The position numbers and the translations under genes are program-made. A DNA stretch of 34,644 nt, taken from positions 1-34,644 of the IMG/VR virus record IMGVR_UViG_3300037419_001053. One strand, written 5' to 3'. Below are positions 8,340-17,962 of this stretch, one piece after another. The notes beneath the pieces are model-generated. The model worked only from the letters and a program-made list of their open reading frames with translations, searched no databases and was not told the origin of the DNA. Source of the DNA: a virus. Lineage: Duplodnaviria; Caudoviricetes. Numbering within the stretch: the first letter of the stretch is position 1; each line of letters begins with the position of its first letter.

Positions 8340-9020
8340 TCAGGCCTGGACGCCCCATGCGCCGGCGTCGAAACCCACGATCACGTCGCCCTCGGCGTCG
8401 AAGCCGAAGAACCGGGCTTCGGGCTCTACGGCGCCTGGTTCGCTCGGGCTCGGAACGAGATAGGTGTCGATGCTCACGCCCTCGGGCTTGAGCGCGAGGT
8501 GGCCGCCGGTCATGAGGCTCTTCAGGATGGCGTCGAGCGCGGGCCCGACAACCCCGACGGTCATGCTCATGTCCTGGTTGTCCTGCACGTAGACCAGGTT
8601 GTTCGGGATCAGGTCGGCCATCACCGAACGCGCCACGTCGAGCGTGCCGTCCCAGTGGTTGGCCCTGATCTTCGCCCGCAGCAGGATCCGGTAGTTGTCG
8701 TCGTCGAGGCGGCCCAGGCCCTCCACCGGGTCGAACTGGCCTTTGAAGTAGCCGGCGTCGAATCCGAGGTTGTCGTCGTCGAAGGTGAAGTAGACGCCGC
8801 TCAGCGGCACCGAGACGTTGCGCGGCGCGCCCACCCAAAGGCCGATGATGTCGAGTTGCGGCCCGTTGGCCTCGTCGAGATCGAAGGCTTCCGGCAGCCG
8901 AAGCGCCGTAGTGACCGTCTCCGCGACGGGCTGCACCAGGACGGCCAGGCTGGCGACGAACCGGGGCTTGCCGATGTGCTCCGGGGTGACGAGGGCGAGG
9001 TAGTCGTCAGAGGTGGCCAT
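8340..9020 (-). CDS. Baseplate wedge protein, DUF2612-like
   Basis: AFDLDEANGPQLDIIGLWVG, LDDDNYRILLRAKI..NHWDG, DNQDMSM, FFGFD. Confidence 0.88.
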   Translation of the reverse strand: MATSDDYLALVTPEHIGKPRFVASLAVLVQPVAETVTTALRLPEAFDLDEANGPQLDIIGLWVGAPRNVSVPLSGVYFTFDDDNLGFDAGYFKGQFDPVEGLGRLDDDNYRILLRAKIRANHWDGTLDVARSVMADLIPNNLVYVQDNQDMSMTVGVVGPALDAILKSLMTGGHLALKPEGVSIDTYLVPSPSEPGAVEPEARFFGFDAEGDVIVGFDAGAWGVQA

Positions 9021-9021
9021 C

Positions 9022-10209
9022 TCAGATCACCACTATGGTCACGTCCGCAGGATCGCAGAACGCCGCCTCGTTGAATGCCACCACCAGGTCCGCCGTGCCC
9101 AGCGAGCCTCCGTCGAAGCAGATTTGCAGGTTCGTCACCTCGTAGGTGGACGAGTCCCCCGCCCCGCTGAGTTGGGCCGGGACATAGAGCCGGGTCAGCA
9201 GCACGTCGTCGCCGATGTCGAGCTTGGAGATGAAGGTGGAGACCGCGTTCTGGATCTCGACGCCGATGGCGCTGGTGTAGCCGGTCAGGGCGTGGATCGT
9301 CACAGTCACGTCCACTCGCTTCTCGGTCGGCCGGAAGAAGCGGATCGTGTGCGGCACGTTGAAAATGTCGGGCACGCTCTCGCTGGTGGCGCCGTACGTG
9401 TAGGCGCCCGGGGTCTTCTTCGACGCGATCGCCTTGGCCACGTCCAGCGCGTCGCCTCCATCGACCACGAGGGCCACCGAGTGCGGCGGCAGGCCGTTGT
9501 CGTCGGTCGCTGCGGTGTCGTTCTCGTAGGCCCTGAGCCGGGTCACGCCCGAGACGTCCGCCACCTCGCCGATGAGGCCCTCAAGGGCGGTGATCGAGGG
9601 GCGCGCCACCGACTTGCCCTGGCGCTGACGGAGGGCCACGTCGTCCTCAACGGCGGAGCCGAGCGTCGCGTCTGCCGCGTTGGTCACCGATTGCCAGCCT
9701 AGCGTGGGGGTCAGAATCTTTCTGATGCTGCCCGCAGCCGCGGACACCGCGCCCGCCACAGCGCAGGTCGCTGTCACGACGATCTCGCCGGCGTCGGGAA
9801 TGGTGATCGGCGATGGCAGGGTCCAGCGGTTGTTCGCCGCGTCGCCCACGGCGCCGTCCACGATCAGGGCGCCAACCTGGCCGATAAGAGTCACATCCGC
9901 TGTGGAGTTCGAGCCGTTCTGCCGCTCGATGCCGTTGATCTTCACCACCCGCGACAGGCCCACCCCCTTGGCCGTCTGCGGGCTGAAGGCGTTGTAGACC
10001 GCGATGGCCGTGGAGTTCGCGTCGCTGATCGCCTGAGCGAAGATGGCCAGCAGCTGCCCATCCTGGCTGTCGGCCTCGAGGTAGACGTCGGAGCCGTAGA
10101 TGGCTTGGTAGCTGGCCTTCAGGCTGAGCAGGATGTCGATGTAGGCCGGCGCCGCGATCCCGGTCTCTGTGACCTGCGCTGAGAGCGTGGCCAGGGGGTA
10201 CGTCGTCAT
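9022..10209 (-). CDS. Baseplate J-like wedge protein
   Basis: DSQDGQL, AVYNAFSP.TAKGVGLS, EDDVALRQRQ, YENDT...GLPPHS..VVDGG. Confidence 0.92.
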   Translation of the reverse strand: MTTYPLATLSAQVTETGIAAPAYIDILLSLKASYQAIYGSDVYLEADSQDGQLLAIFAQAISDANSTAIAVYNAFSPQTAKGVGLSRVVKINGIERQNGSNSTADVTLIGQVGALIVDGAVGDAANNRWTLPSPITIPDAGEIVVTATCAVAGAVSAAAGSIRKILTPTLGWQSVTNAADATLGSAVEDDVALRQRQGKSVARPSITALEGLIGEVADVSGVTRLRAYENDTAATDDNGLPPHSVALVVDGGDALDVAKAIASKKTPGAYTYGATSESVPDIFNVPHTIRFFRPTEKRVDVTVTIHALTGYTSAIGVEIQNAVSTFISKLDIGDDVLLTRLYVPAQLSGAGDSSTYEVTNLQICFDGGSLGTADLVVAFNEAAFCDPADVTIVVI

Positions 10210-10221
10210 CGGGCGCGCCTC

Positions 10222-10656
10222 CTAGATCGCGGGCAACAGGCCGGAATTATCCGGGAAGAAGAAGTCGAGGGCGGTGGAGGGCGCAGGCGTCGGCGTACCG
10301 CCGGGCGCAATACCCTTAAAGGTCGCGATGACGGGCCCGTAGATCGTCTCGATTTCGGCCACAACGGTGAGCCGGCGGTCGACCAGCGAGCTCGAGTAGG
10401 TGTTGATGGCCGAGACGCCCGGAGTGTCGAGGATGCGCCCGCGGATCGCCTGGTCGTAGGTCGCCCGGTTGCTCTTCCCGAGGATGTCGGCGCCGTACGG
10501 CGTGCCTTCGGTCACGTCGAGGAACCACTCCCCCGTCGCAAGGCCGAAGCGGGTCTTCAGCACCTGGGCCACGGCCTCGGGGCTGTCGACGAGAAAGTCC
10601 GCCTTGCTGTGGCCGAACGTCATGTCGCCGTTCGCGTCGAGGGCGCGGTACCGCAT
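10222..10656 (-). CDS. Baseplate/sheath initiator (gp46/gp25-like), 144 aa, with C-terminal extension
   Basis: ATG 10656 overlaps spike stop; MRYRALDANGDMTFG, GEWFLD.TEGTPY, IRGRILDTPGV, ETIYG. Confidence 0.85.
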   Translation of the reverse strand: MRYRALDANGDMTFGHSKADFLVDSPEAVAQVLKTRFGLATGEWFLDVTEGTPYGADILGKSNRATYDQAIRGRILDTPGVSAINTYSSSLVDRRLTVVAEIETIYGPVIATFKGIAPGGTPTPAPSTALDFFFPDNSGLLPAI

Positions 10657-11342
10657 CAGACTGGCGCTCCCGTGTTGCCGCCTTGCGGGTCGGTGTGGAC
10701 GTGGGTCTTCAGGCTCTTGCTGCCGCCCACCACGTCGGCCGTGCCGGTCACCGTGGCGTCGCAGGTGATGTCCCCCGTGACGTGCAGCGACCCGTTGATC
10801 GTGGTGTTCGCGTCGATCGTCGCCCCGTTGGGCGCGGTGAGGTGCAGCGTCTTGCCGGCCGGGTCGAGCTCCACGAAGGTGTCGCCGGCGTCGTTGCGCA
10901 GCTGCGCCTTGGTGGTCGAGACCGCCGTCAGCTTCCGCGGCTGCGACCGCACGCCTGGGATGACGTAGCCGTCGCTCAGGCTGTGCATGCGGAACTCGGC
11001 CGGGGGCTGGATCCCGCCCGACTGCCACCAGCTGTCCATGCACCGGGCGCCGAACACCACCAGGCACTCGTCGCCCTTCGCCACCGGGAAGGTCAGCGTC
11101 ACGCCGCCGCCGCTTGGGAACTGCACCGGGCAGTCGAGCAGCAGTGGCAAGGTCAACATCTGCACCGTGCCGTCCGGGCCGCGATAGGGCCGCTGGATGG
11201 CGGGCTGCACGGTGGCCACCTGCCGGTCGGCGTCGACCGCCTCGATAATGCCAGGGCCGGAGGTCCAGAGGTCGGCGAGGCGTCCGTCGAGGGCCGCCCG
11301 CAACGCCTCCTGGAACTCGTTTGCCCGCTCCCTCTGGTCCAT
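10656..11342 (-). CDS. Baseplate central spike (Gp138-like)
   Basis: PVQFPSGGGVTLTFPVAKGDECLVVF, RMHSLSDG, C-terminal metal-binding HxH (THVH). Confidence 0.9.
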   Translation of the reverse strand: MDQRERANEFQEALRAALDGRLADLWTSGPGIIEAVDADRQVATVQPAIQRPYRGPDGTVQMLTLPLLLDCPVQFPSGGGVTLTFPVAKGDECLVVFGARCMDSWWQSGGIQPPAEFRMHSLSDGYVIPGVRSQPRKLTAVSTTKAQLRNDAGDTFVELDPAGKTLHLTAPNGATIDANTTINGSLHVTGDITCDATVTGTADVVGGSKSLKTHVHTDPQGGNTGAPV

Positions 11343-12268
11343 CAGCCGTAGCCCTTCGAGACCAGCCCAGGCGTCACGCCGTCGTCCAGCGCGATGCAGA
11401 TCAGGTCGGTGTACCAGTCGTTGCCCCGGGTATCGCCGCTCTGCTCGGCGACGATCACGCGGTAGAAGCCGTCATCCGTGACCCGCGGCAGGAAGGCGTT
11501 CTGCAGCTGTCCTTGCAGGCTGACGTCGAGCTGGGCGCGGTTGATATCGGCGTTGTTGATCTGCACCGCCCGGCCCATCTTGATGTCGGGGTTCAGCAGG
11601 GTGCGGACCTTGATCCCCTCCTGCGTCTGCTCGGGAATGCCGATCATCCCCGAGGCGGAGTTGATCACCACGGCGGGCCCCGGCAGGACGCCCTTCAGCG
11701 GCACCATCTGCACCGAGCCGTTCTGGATCGACCACTTCGTGTCGGTCGAAGCGCCCAGGTCCCGCAGGTGATCGCGGGCCATGCCGTGCAGCACCTTGCC
11801 ACGCGGCAGCGCGTTCGCCGGCAGGTCCGGCACATAGCCCTGCATCACCCCGTGCTGGCCCATGGCACCGACGACGGCGTTCACCTGGTCCTTCGGCGTC
11901 GCGCCGGCGACCAGGGACGTGTTCACGACGGCGAAGTTGTAGGCTTGGTCCCCATCGGCCGCGACGATGTCGAGATAGGTGTCGGTGGCGTTCGCCCGGC
12001 CGCGCTTCGGCTGGATGATCGACCCGTCGAAGATGGTCCCGAACGGGCCGTCCTGGTAGCCCGCCTGAAGCACCACGCGGGTGAACTCGCCCTGCACCTG
12101 GCGCATGGTCGCCTCGGAGAGATTCCACACCCGGATGAAGGCGCTGTTCGGCGTCTGCAGGTCCCACTGCCGGACCTTGAACTCGATGCGCAGCTCGGAG
12201 AGGTCGAGCCCCTGGCCCGTCGCGTCCCCGACCAGCAGCCCGACCTTGCGGAGGTACTGCTGGCTCAT
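11342..12268 (-). CDS. Baseplate hub protein
   Basis: IRVWNLS, VVLQAGY, ADGDQAY, GMIGIPEQT, GDTRGNDWY; position between plug and spike. Confidence 0.85.
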   Translation of the reverse strand: MSQQYLRKVGLLVGDATGQGLDLSELRIEFKVRQWDLQTPNSAFIRVWNLSEATMRQVQGEFTRVVLQAGYQDGPFGTIFDGSIIQPKRGRANATDTYLDIVAADGDQAYNFAVVNTSLVAGATPKDQVNAVVGAMGQHGVMQGYVPDLPANALPRGKVLHGMARDHLRDLGASTDTKWSIQNGSVQMVPLKGVLPGPAVVINSASGMIGIPEQTQEGIKVRTLLNPDIKMGRAVQINNADINRAQLDVSLQGQLQNAFLPRVTDDGFYRVIVAEQSGDTRGNDWYTDLICIALDDGVTPGLVSKGYG

Positions 12269-12582
12269 GTGGTCACGAAGTAGACGTGGCTCAGGACGCC
12301 GAGATCATCAAAAGTCGGGTCGACGGTGGGCTCGTCGTCCTTCATCACGATGAGCGAGCCCGCGATGCCCAAATAGCCGTACTGTTTCAGGAGATCGACG
12401 CCGATGACGAGCGGTATTCCCTGGATGATCGGCGCGGCCCCCGGCTCGGCGATGTCGAGGAACCAGCCGCCCTCCGTGGTCTCACGCCACATGAAGGTCA
12501 GCTCGTAGCTCGTCCCTGCGAGGGTGATGGTGAACCGCTGCGGCGACGGGCTCAGCGGGATCTCGGAGGAGTGCACGATCAT
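12265..12582 (-). CDS. Baseplate plug-like protein
   Basis: EIPLSP..QRFTITL, WFLDI, GIPLVIGVDLLKQY; synteny. Confidence 0.8.
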   Translation of the reverse strand: MIVHSSEIPLSPSPQRFTITLAGTSYELTFMWRETTEGGWFLDIAEPGAAPIIQGIPLVIGVDLLKQYGYLGIAGSLIVMKDDEPTVDPTFDDLGVLSHVYFVTT

Positions 12583-13178
12583 CCACCGTCCCCGGCCATG
12601 ATGCCCGCCGCCGTCGTGTCGGCCTGAGGCGACGGCGTAAGCTGCTTCACTCCGGCATTCTGCACGGCCGCGGTCTTGGACGGGTCGGCCTGCGCCGACG
12701 GGTCGGGAAGCGTCGTCGCCTGCGTCTGCACCAGGATCACCTCCTGGAACGCCGCGGTGACGATGAGCACGTTCTCGGTCTTCTGATCGGTCGTGGTGGC
12801 GAGCGACCGCATCAGCATGTTCTTGTAGCGGCGCTTGCCGGTGTAGATGTCGAAGGGCGCTCGGGCGCTCTGAAGCTTCAGGAGCTTCTCGTAGACCTCC
12901 TGCGCGTAGCTGGGCCTGGCCAGCGCGCCGATGTCGCCGCCGAGCGCCGCCAGCACCGCATCACCGAGCGACGGCAGGCTCGCGTTCGACCAGCCCGCCC
13001 GGATCACCAGCTGCGCCGGGTTCTTGTAGGCGTGATCGGTGATCGCCGCCCCCTGCTCCACCGGATGCTGGGTGATGGTCAGCTCGTCGGTGTGCTGCTC
13101 CTCGATGGTCACGTAGGCCGAAATCGAGCCGATCGCCCGCTTCGGCCGAAACGTGATGAGGTCGATCAGGCCCGCCAT
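12579..13178 (-). CDS. Dit-like tail tube initiator/baseplate protein
   Basis: EEQHTDELTITQHPVEQGAAITDHAY, YTGKRRYKNML; follows TMP. Confidence 0.85.
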   Translation of the reverse strand: MAGLIDLITFRPKRAIGSISAYVTIEEQHTDELTITQHPVEQGAAITDHAYKNPAQLVIRAGWSNASLPSLGDAVLAALGGDIGALARPSYAQEVYEKLLKLQSARAPFDIYTGKRRYKNMLMRSLATTTDQKTENVLIVTAAFQEVILVQTQATTLPDPSAQADPSKTAAVQNAGVKQLTPSPQADTTAAGIMAGDGG

Positions 13179-13187
13179 GCGGCACTC

Positions 13188-15164
13188 CTAGCTGAGGGCG
13201 CTCTTGGCGTTGCGGAGCAGGTCGCCGTTCACCCGGCCCTGCTCGTTGGCCACCTGGCGGCCCGTCGCCGCCGGATCGGCGCCGCCATGGACGTGCACGT
13301 CGGTCCTCTGGGTCAGCACGACGTTGGGCGGCGTGGAGACGGTCGCCAGGACTGGGCGGTTCTCTTGGGCGGCGAGGTACTGCGCCCCGCGCGCCAGGTC
13401 GCCGGCCGTGCCCTCGCCCGGGCGCATGAAGGACCGGACGTACGCCTCGAGGGCGCCGCGCGCCGAGTCCTGCCGCCGGATCGTGGCGCCGGCGCGGGAC
13501 TCGCTGTGCGTCAGCTCCCACAGCATGAACTCGAGTTGCTGCGCGAGCGTCGGGTGCGGGCCGTAGCGGCGGAACAGCTCGGCCTTGCGGGCGCCGAGCC
13601 ACTGGCCGATGCCGAAGGCGCCGGAGGTGGGGTTGACGGCGTTCGGGTTGAGCCGCGTCTCGGCGAAGGCGCCGGCGGCGATGCCCTGGGCGTTCTCCCG
13701 GCTGAAACCGTGGCTCTGGAAGTAGGCGACGATCTGCTCGCCGACACTCCGCACCCCTTGCAGCGCGCCCGGACCGTTCGGGACCGGAGGCAACGCGTAG
13801 CCACGCGCCGAGGCCTGCGGGGCGACGGGCGTGGACTTCTGCCCACGGAGCGCATCCCAGACAGCCTTCGCCCCGGCGAGGGCGTCCCTGGCCGTCTTTC
13901 CGGCATCGGCCCAAGCTTTCGCCCAGCGGCCAGTGAGGAGGTCGAGAATGAGCCGGATGCCGTCGGCCAGGAGGTGAAGGTCGGTGGCGAGAAACTGGAT
14001 CGCGCCTCGCACCCCGTTAAGAACCTGGTCGCCGAAGGTGCCGACGAAGGCATCGCGCAGCCGGAGCAGGCCGGCCCCGATCGCCGCCAGGATCGGGCGC
14101 AGCGTGTCCCACACCGGCTGGAACGCAGCGGCCACCTCTGAGAAGGCCTTGCCTACGTCGCCAAGGGCATCCTGCAGCGGTTGCAGCCCGGTGGTGACGA
14201 GATCGCCCAGCTCGTCGCGGAACTTCTTGCTGGACAGCAGCACCGCGCTGATCGCCGCCACCAGGGCAAGGATCCAGCCGACCGGGCCGGATAGGACCAC
14301 CACCAGCGCTTCGGCCGCAGCCGAAACGCCTTCGAACCCTTCGAATAGCTCGGGGAAGAAATGGGCGAGGAGCTTCAGGGGAACCCAGACCGCACCCGCG
14401 GCGCCCGCCAGCACCAGCAGGTCGGTCGAGAGCCCATGGGTGACGCCGTGCAGCGCCACGAGGGCCTGGATGATGACGTGAGCGATTGGGGCGAAGACGA
14501 GGATCAGCTTCTCGCCGGTCAGGGTGATGAGCGCGAGCAAGTCGCGGATGTCGACCATGAACTCGTGGCCGGCCTTCGCTGCCGCCTGCTGATCGACGCC
14601 GACCGAGCGCGCCATCTTCCGGTAGCGGTCGGAGAACTCGTCTGTGCCGCGGATCATCGCCTGCAGGGTGCGCTCGTCGATCCCGAGCATGCTCGCCCGC
14701 ACCTTGGCCGCGTAGTACGGCATGGCGCGGAAGCGGGCGCCGAGCTCCTGCATGATGTCGGCGGTGTCGCGCAGCTGGCCGTTGGCCTCGCGGGTGTCCA
14801 CGCCCAGGCTGCGGATGAACCGCTCGCCGCCGGGGTTCGAGCGCATGAACTCGGCGATGTTTTCCATCGCCGCGCGGGAGCCGGCCGCGGACCCGCCCAT
14901 CTGCGTGATGGCGTAGTCCATGGCCCGGATGTTCTCGACCGACGAGTTGATCCGCTGGGAGGCGTAGTACAGATCCTCGAACTGCTTCGAGACCTTGGTG
15001 ACGGCCGCCTCCACGGCGAGGCCCGCCTCCACCGCTCCCTTGCCGAGCTCCGCGGCCACCTTGGTGGCCATCTTCACGCCGGCGGAGAACTTCTTGAAGC
15101 CCGCCTCGTCGATCTTGAAGCCGAGGCCGACCAGGAATTCCTTGATGATGGAGGCGTCGCTCAT
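13188..15164 (-). CDS. Tape measure protein with C-terminal phage tail lysozyme domain
   Basis: IKEFLVGLGFKID start, Ala-rich helical body, hydrophobic segments; C-terminal AETRLNPNAVNPTSGAFGIGQWLGARK..QQLEFMLWEL. Confidence 0.92.
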   Translation of the reverse strand: MSDASIIKEFLVGLGFKIDEAGFKKFSAGVKMATKVAAELGKGAVEAGLAVEAAVTKVSKQFEDLYYASQRINSSVENIRAMDYAITQMGGSAAGSRAAMENIAEFMRSNPGGERFIRSLGVDTREANGQLRDTADIMQELGARFRAMPYYAAKVRASMLGIDERTLQAMIRGTDEFSDRYRKMARSVGVDQQAAAKAGHEFMVDIRDLLALITLTGEKLILVFAPIAHVIIQALVALHGVTHGLSTDLLVLAGAAGAVWVPLKLLAHFFPELFEGFEGVSAAAEALVVVLSGPVGWILALVAAISAVLLSSKKFRDELGDLVTTGLQPLQDALGDVGKAFSEVAAAFQPVWDTLRPILAAIGAGLLRLRDAFVGTFGDQVLNGVRGAIQFLATDLHLLADGIRLILDLLTGRWAKAWADAGKTARDALAGAKAVWDALRGQKSTPVAPQASARGYALPPVPNGPGALQGVRSVGEQIVAYFQSHGFSRENAQGIAAGAFAETRLNPNAVNPTSGAFGIGQWLGARKAELFRRYGPHPTLAQQLEFMLWELTHSESRAGATIRRQDSARGALEAYVRSFMRPGEGTAGDLARGAQYLAAQENRPVLATVSTPPNVVLTQRTDVHVHGGADPAATGRQVANEQGRVNGDLLRNAKSALS

Positions 15165-15403
15165 TGCCGTGACAGCGCCTCCCTGATCCTGCGGTCGTTC
15201 TCGTCAGCCACGTCCAGAGCGTCGTTCGCGAGCGCGATCTGCTCGATGCTCAATGTTCCGTCGAATAGGCTCTCCAGCTTGCAGAGGCCGCGCAGGACCG
15301 GGCGCATGACCCAGTCCTCACCGCCCGGCAGGCTGAGGAGGCTCACCCCTTCTGGGACTCCGCCTCCGGAGCCGCGGAGATCGACGGGATCGCGGCGAAA
15401 AAA
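15161..15403 (-). CDS. Tail assembly chaperone GT part (reached by -1 frameshift)
   Basis: -1 frame after the slippery site: ...LPGGEDWVMRPVLRGLCKLESLFDGTLSIEQIALANDALDV; stop overlaps TMP start. Confidence 0.8.
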   Translation of the reverse strand, partial: FFRRDPVDLRGSGGGVPEGVSLLSLPGGEDWVMRPVLRGLCKLESLFDGTLSIEQIALANDALDVADENDRRIREALSRQ

Positions 15404-15765
15404 CCGCCGAGGTTCTCCTCGATGACGGCCCACACCAGCTGCAGCATCTGCGGCAGCTCAACGTCCTGGAACATGATCCGGCCGTTGGGCGCCGCCACCG
15501 GGCTGAAGCCGGTCCCATGCGGGTTCGGGCGGCTGCAGACGGAGAGGCAGGTCGAGATCACGTAGTTCGCGTCCTCGTCCCGCATCTCGGCCACCGCCTC
15601 GCTCACCGGCCCGAGCATGGCGAACAGGTCCGCGTCCTTGTCGGCTCCGATGTTGCCGGCGAGCTTCCCCATCACGGGCGCGAGGCGCCGCGCGACGTGG
15701 AACTGCTTCATGGCGTCCAGCTTGTCGATCCGATAGCTGACGCCGGCGATCTCCCTCTCCGCCAT
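15343..15765 (-). CDS. Tail assembly chaperone (G-like)
   Basis: YRIDKLDAMKQFHVARRLAP...VIEENLGGFF; between tube and TMP. Confidence 0.85.
   Translation of the reverse strand: MAEREIAGVSYRIDKLDAMKQFHVARRLAPVMGKLAGNIGADKDADLFAMLGPVSEAVAEMRDEDANYVISTCLSVCSRPNPHGTGFSPVAAPNGRIMFQDVELPQMLQLVWAVIEENLGGFFAAIPSISAAPEAESQKG
15397..15403 (-). promoter_or_regulatory. Programmed -1 ribosomal frameshift slippery site T TTT TTC
   Basis: Minus strand GGC GGT TTT TTC GCC (GGFFA); the -1 frame continues FRRDPVD into the open GT frame. Confidence 0.8.
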
Positions 15766-15767
15766 GG

Positions 15768-16220
15768 TCAGGCCTCAGGCTGGCCGCTGCCCAGGAGAGC
15801 GTCGGCCTTGATGCCTTGGAACTCCCATTCGATGACGCCGCCCTCTTTGGCGTAGTTGACGTTCGGGAGCTTCACGAAGGCAGCCTGGCGCAGCGCGATC
15901 ACGTCGCCGCGGGCGCTGTCGTTGATGGTGATCACGTTCTGACCCCACACCGCGCTCGACTGGCTCTGGATGTCGTACATCTGGGAGAGCTGGCCGTTCA
16001 CCGGCGAGGTCTTGAGGAGGCGCACCGTGATCTTCGCCGCCTTGCCGGCGTGCATGCTGTGCATACCCTCGCCGTCGGCGCCCACGGTCATGGTGTTCTT
16101 CTCCTCCGCCATCTCGAAGGAGATGCCCTCCTCCGCGGCGCCGACGCCGGAGCCGAGGGGGAACGATCCGCCCGGCCCCGTGATCGCGGCATGGACGTTC
16201 AGAAAGCTGTAGGTAGCCAT
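15768..16220 (-). CDS. Tail tube protein (DUF3277-like)
   Basis: TYSFLNV.AAITGPGG, NTMTVGADGEGMHS, LLKTSPVN; follows sheath. Confidence 0.9.
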   Translation of the reverse strand: MATYSFLNVHAAITGPGGSFPLGSGVGAAEEGISFEMAEEKNTMTVGADGEGMHSMHAGKAAKITVRLLKTSPVNGQLSQMYDIQSQSSAVWGQNVITINDSARGDVIALRQAAFVKLPNVNYAKEGGVIEWEFQGIKADALLGSGQPEA

Positions 16221-16237
16221 GGTCTAGCGCCCCTGCC

Positions 16238-17719
16238 TTAGCGGTTCACGTTGAGGGTGATGTCGGCGGTGTGGACCGCGCCGGCGAGCTTGGCGGCGAC
16301 CTGGAACGGCACCGACTTGCGGGCGGCCCGATCCGCGGAGGCTTGGCTGGCGATCGGCGGGGCGTAGACGTAGTAGCCCTTCGCCATGAACTGCCCCTGC
16401 TTCAGCTGCCCGAAGCCGGTGTTCGTCCACGTGCCCGGACCCAGGAGCCCGTTGTTCACCGCCGCGACGCAGCTCGCCTCGATGGCGTTGGCGATCTGCT
16501 GGTTGCCGGCGTCGGTCTGCGGAATCTTGGTGTCGCTGCCGTAGAGCAGGTTCCACACGTCGGTCTGCACCCGGTTCGCGAACCAATCGAGGCCGACGAT
16601 CTCGTCGATGTAGGCGTCGCCGAACATCCGGCCGCCCACGATGATGGCGGTCGAGTTGTCGAAGGCGACGAAGTAGTTGTACCGCTTCGCGTCCAGCACG
16701 TCGGCCTGGGCGGTGGTCAGCTGCTCCGCCGCCACGCCCGGCTCCTGCTTGTACATCAGGGTGATGGTGGAGTTGTTGGCGTTGAAGTCGGTGGTCAGCG
16801 CCCGGCCGAACATCGACGCCACCGCGTAGGGGCTGCTGGTCGAGTACTGGCCGAACGTGCGCTTGTAGCCCGCGACCTCCAGCTGCGAACCGATGTCGGT
16901 GGTCGAGGCCCCGTCGATCGCCGCGGCGGCCGAGGTGGTGAGGCCGTAAGCGTGCGGCCGGGTGGCAGCTTCGATGTAGGCCGCGATCGCCAGGTGGTCG
17001 GCGTCGACCACGCTCGCCGAAGCGAGCATCAGGCCATACCAGTAGGTCGGTAACGCATCGATGAGGGCTGCGGCGGCGTCGGCGGATTCGGCCACAACGC
17101 CGACGACGGTCCGGGCACCCGAGGCCTGCACCAGGCCTAGCAGCGCCTTCATGTCCGTGCCCGACGCGGGGGCGGTGGGAAAGCCGACGCTAGAGGACGA
17201 GCCGGTGGTGGCGCTCTTGATGACGAAGTGCTCGCCGTCCCAGACGCACGTCGCCGCCGCAGCCAGCGCGGTGTTGATCACCGCCGCGACCGCGTTGAGG
17301 TTGGCGCAGGCCGAGAAGTTCAGGCCCGTCAGAGTAGTAGCGGCGGCACCGTCGATCGCGAGCTTCAGCGCGCCTGTGCTGATCGCGGTGAAGTTCGTCA
17401 GCGCCTGCTGGGCGGTGGTCAACGCCGCGCCGATCAGGCGGCCCGAGGTCGCGGTGCGCGCCCACTTGCCGAGGTAGACCTGGCCCGGCTTCGGCAGCTG
17501 GCTGAAGTACAGCGCGGCGGCCAGGTACTCCGGCGCGGTGGTGCCGAAATCGGCCGCCACCTCGTCGAGGTTACCGTAGGAGACGATCCGAGTGTCGGTG
17601 TCGATCACGTCGGAGTCGCCCAGGATCAGCAGGCTGTTGATGTTGGCGAACGCCGCCGCGGCGGGGTTCAGGTTCACGTTCGCGCTGATCAGGCGCGAAA
17701 CCGGTAGGCCACTCGGCAT
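16238..17719 (-). CDS. Tail sheath protein (DUF3383-like)
   Basis: FGTTAPEYLAAALYFSQ, TLMYKQEPGV, GLDWF, KIPQTDAG, GYYVYA, KLAGAVH. Confidence 0.93.
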   Translation of the reverse strand: MPSGLPVSRLISANVNLNPAAAAFANINSLLILGDSDVIDTDTRIVSYGNLDEVAADFGTTAPEYLAAALYFSQLPKPGQVYLGKWARTATSGRLIGAALTTAQQALTNFTAISTGALKLAIDGAAATTLTGLNFSACANLNAVAAVINTALAAAATCVWDGEHFVIKSATTGSSSSVGFPTAPASGTDMKALLGLVQASGARTVVGVVAESADAAAALIDALPTYWYGLMLASASVVDADHLAIAAYIEAATRPHAYGLTTSAAAAIDGASTTDIGSQLEVAGYKRTFGQYSTSSPYAVASMFGRALTTDFNANNSTITLMYKQEPGVAAEQLTTAQADVLDAKRYNYFVAFDNSTAIIVGGRMFGDAYIDEIVGLDWFANRVQTDVWNLLYGSDTKIPQTDAGNQQIANAIEASCVAAVNNGLLGPGTWTNTGFGQLKQGQFMAKGYYVYAPPIASQASADRAARKSVPFQVAAKLAGAVHTADITLNVNR

Positions 17720-17773
17720 GGGCTATCCCCCTTGGGGCTGGGCGGTGGAGGCTGTGGCGGTCCGGCCGGCGCG

Positions 17774-17953
17774 CTAGATGGCGGGCAGGAGCTCGGAGTT
17801 CGCCGGGTCGGAGAAGTCGAGAGAAGACGTGGTGTCAGGCGGCACGAACGGCCCCTGGACGGTCGCTTCGTCGCCGGTGGGGGAGAAATCGAGCGTCACC
17901 GTGATGAGACGTTGCACGGGAAGGCCGACGGGCTGTTCCTTCGCGACGGCCAC
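17774..17953 (-). CDS. Unannotated 59-aa protein: sheath N-arm-like segment plus C-terminal LDF tag
   Basis: AGGAGG RBS then GTG 17953; MAVAKEQPVGLPVQRLITVTLDFSPTGDEATVQGPFVPPDTTSSLDFSDPANSELLPAI; fills the gap between terminator and sheath genes. Confidence 0.8.
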   Translation of the reverse strand: MAVAKEQPVGLPVQRLITVTLDFSPTGDEATVQGPFVPPDTTSSLDFSDPANSELLPAI

Positions 17954-17962
17954 GGCAGCCTC

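Noticed and set aside
9022-17719. Tailocin, eCIS or gene transfer agent
   Set aside because: Full head, terminase and replication modules are present, and the tail is contractile, unlike RcGTA
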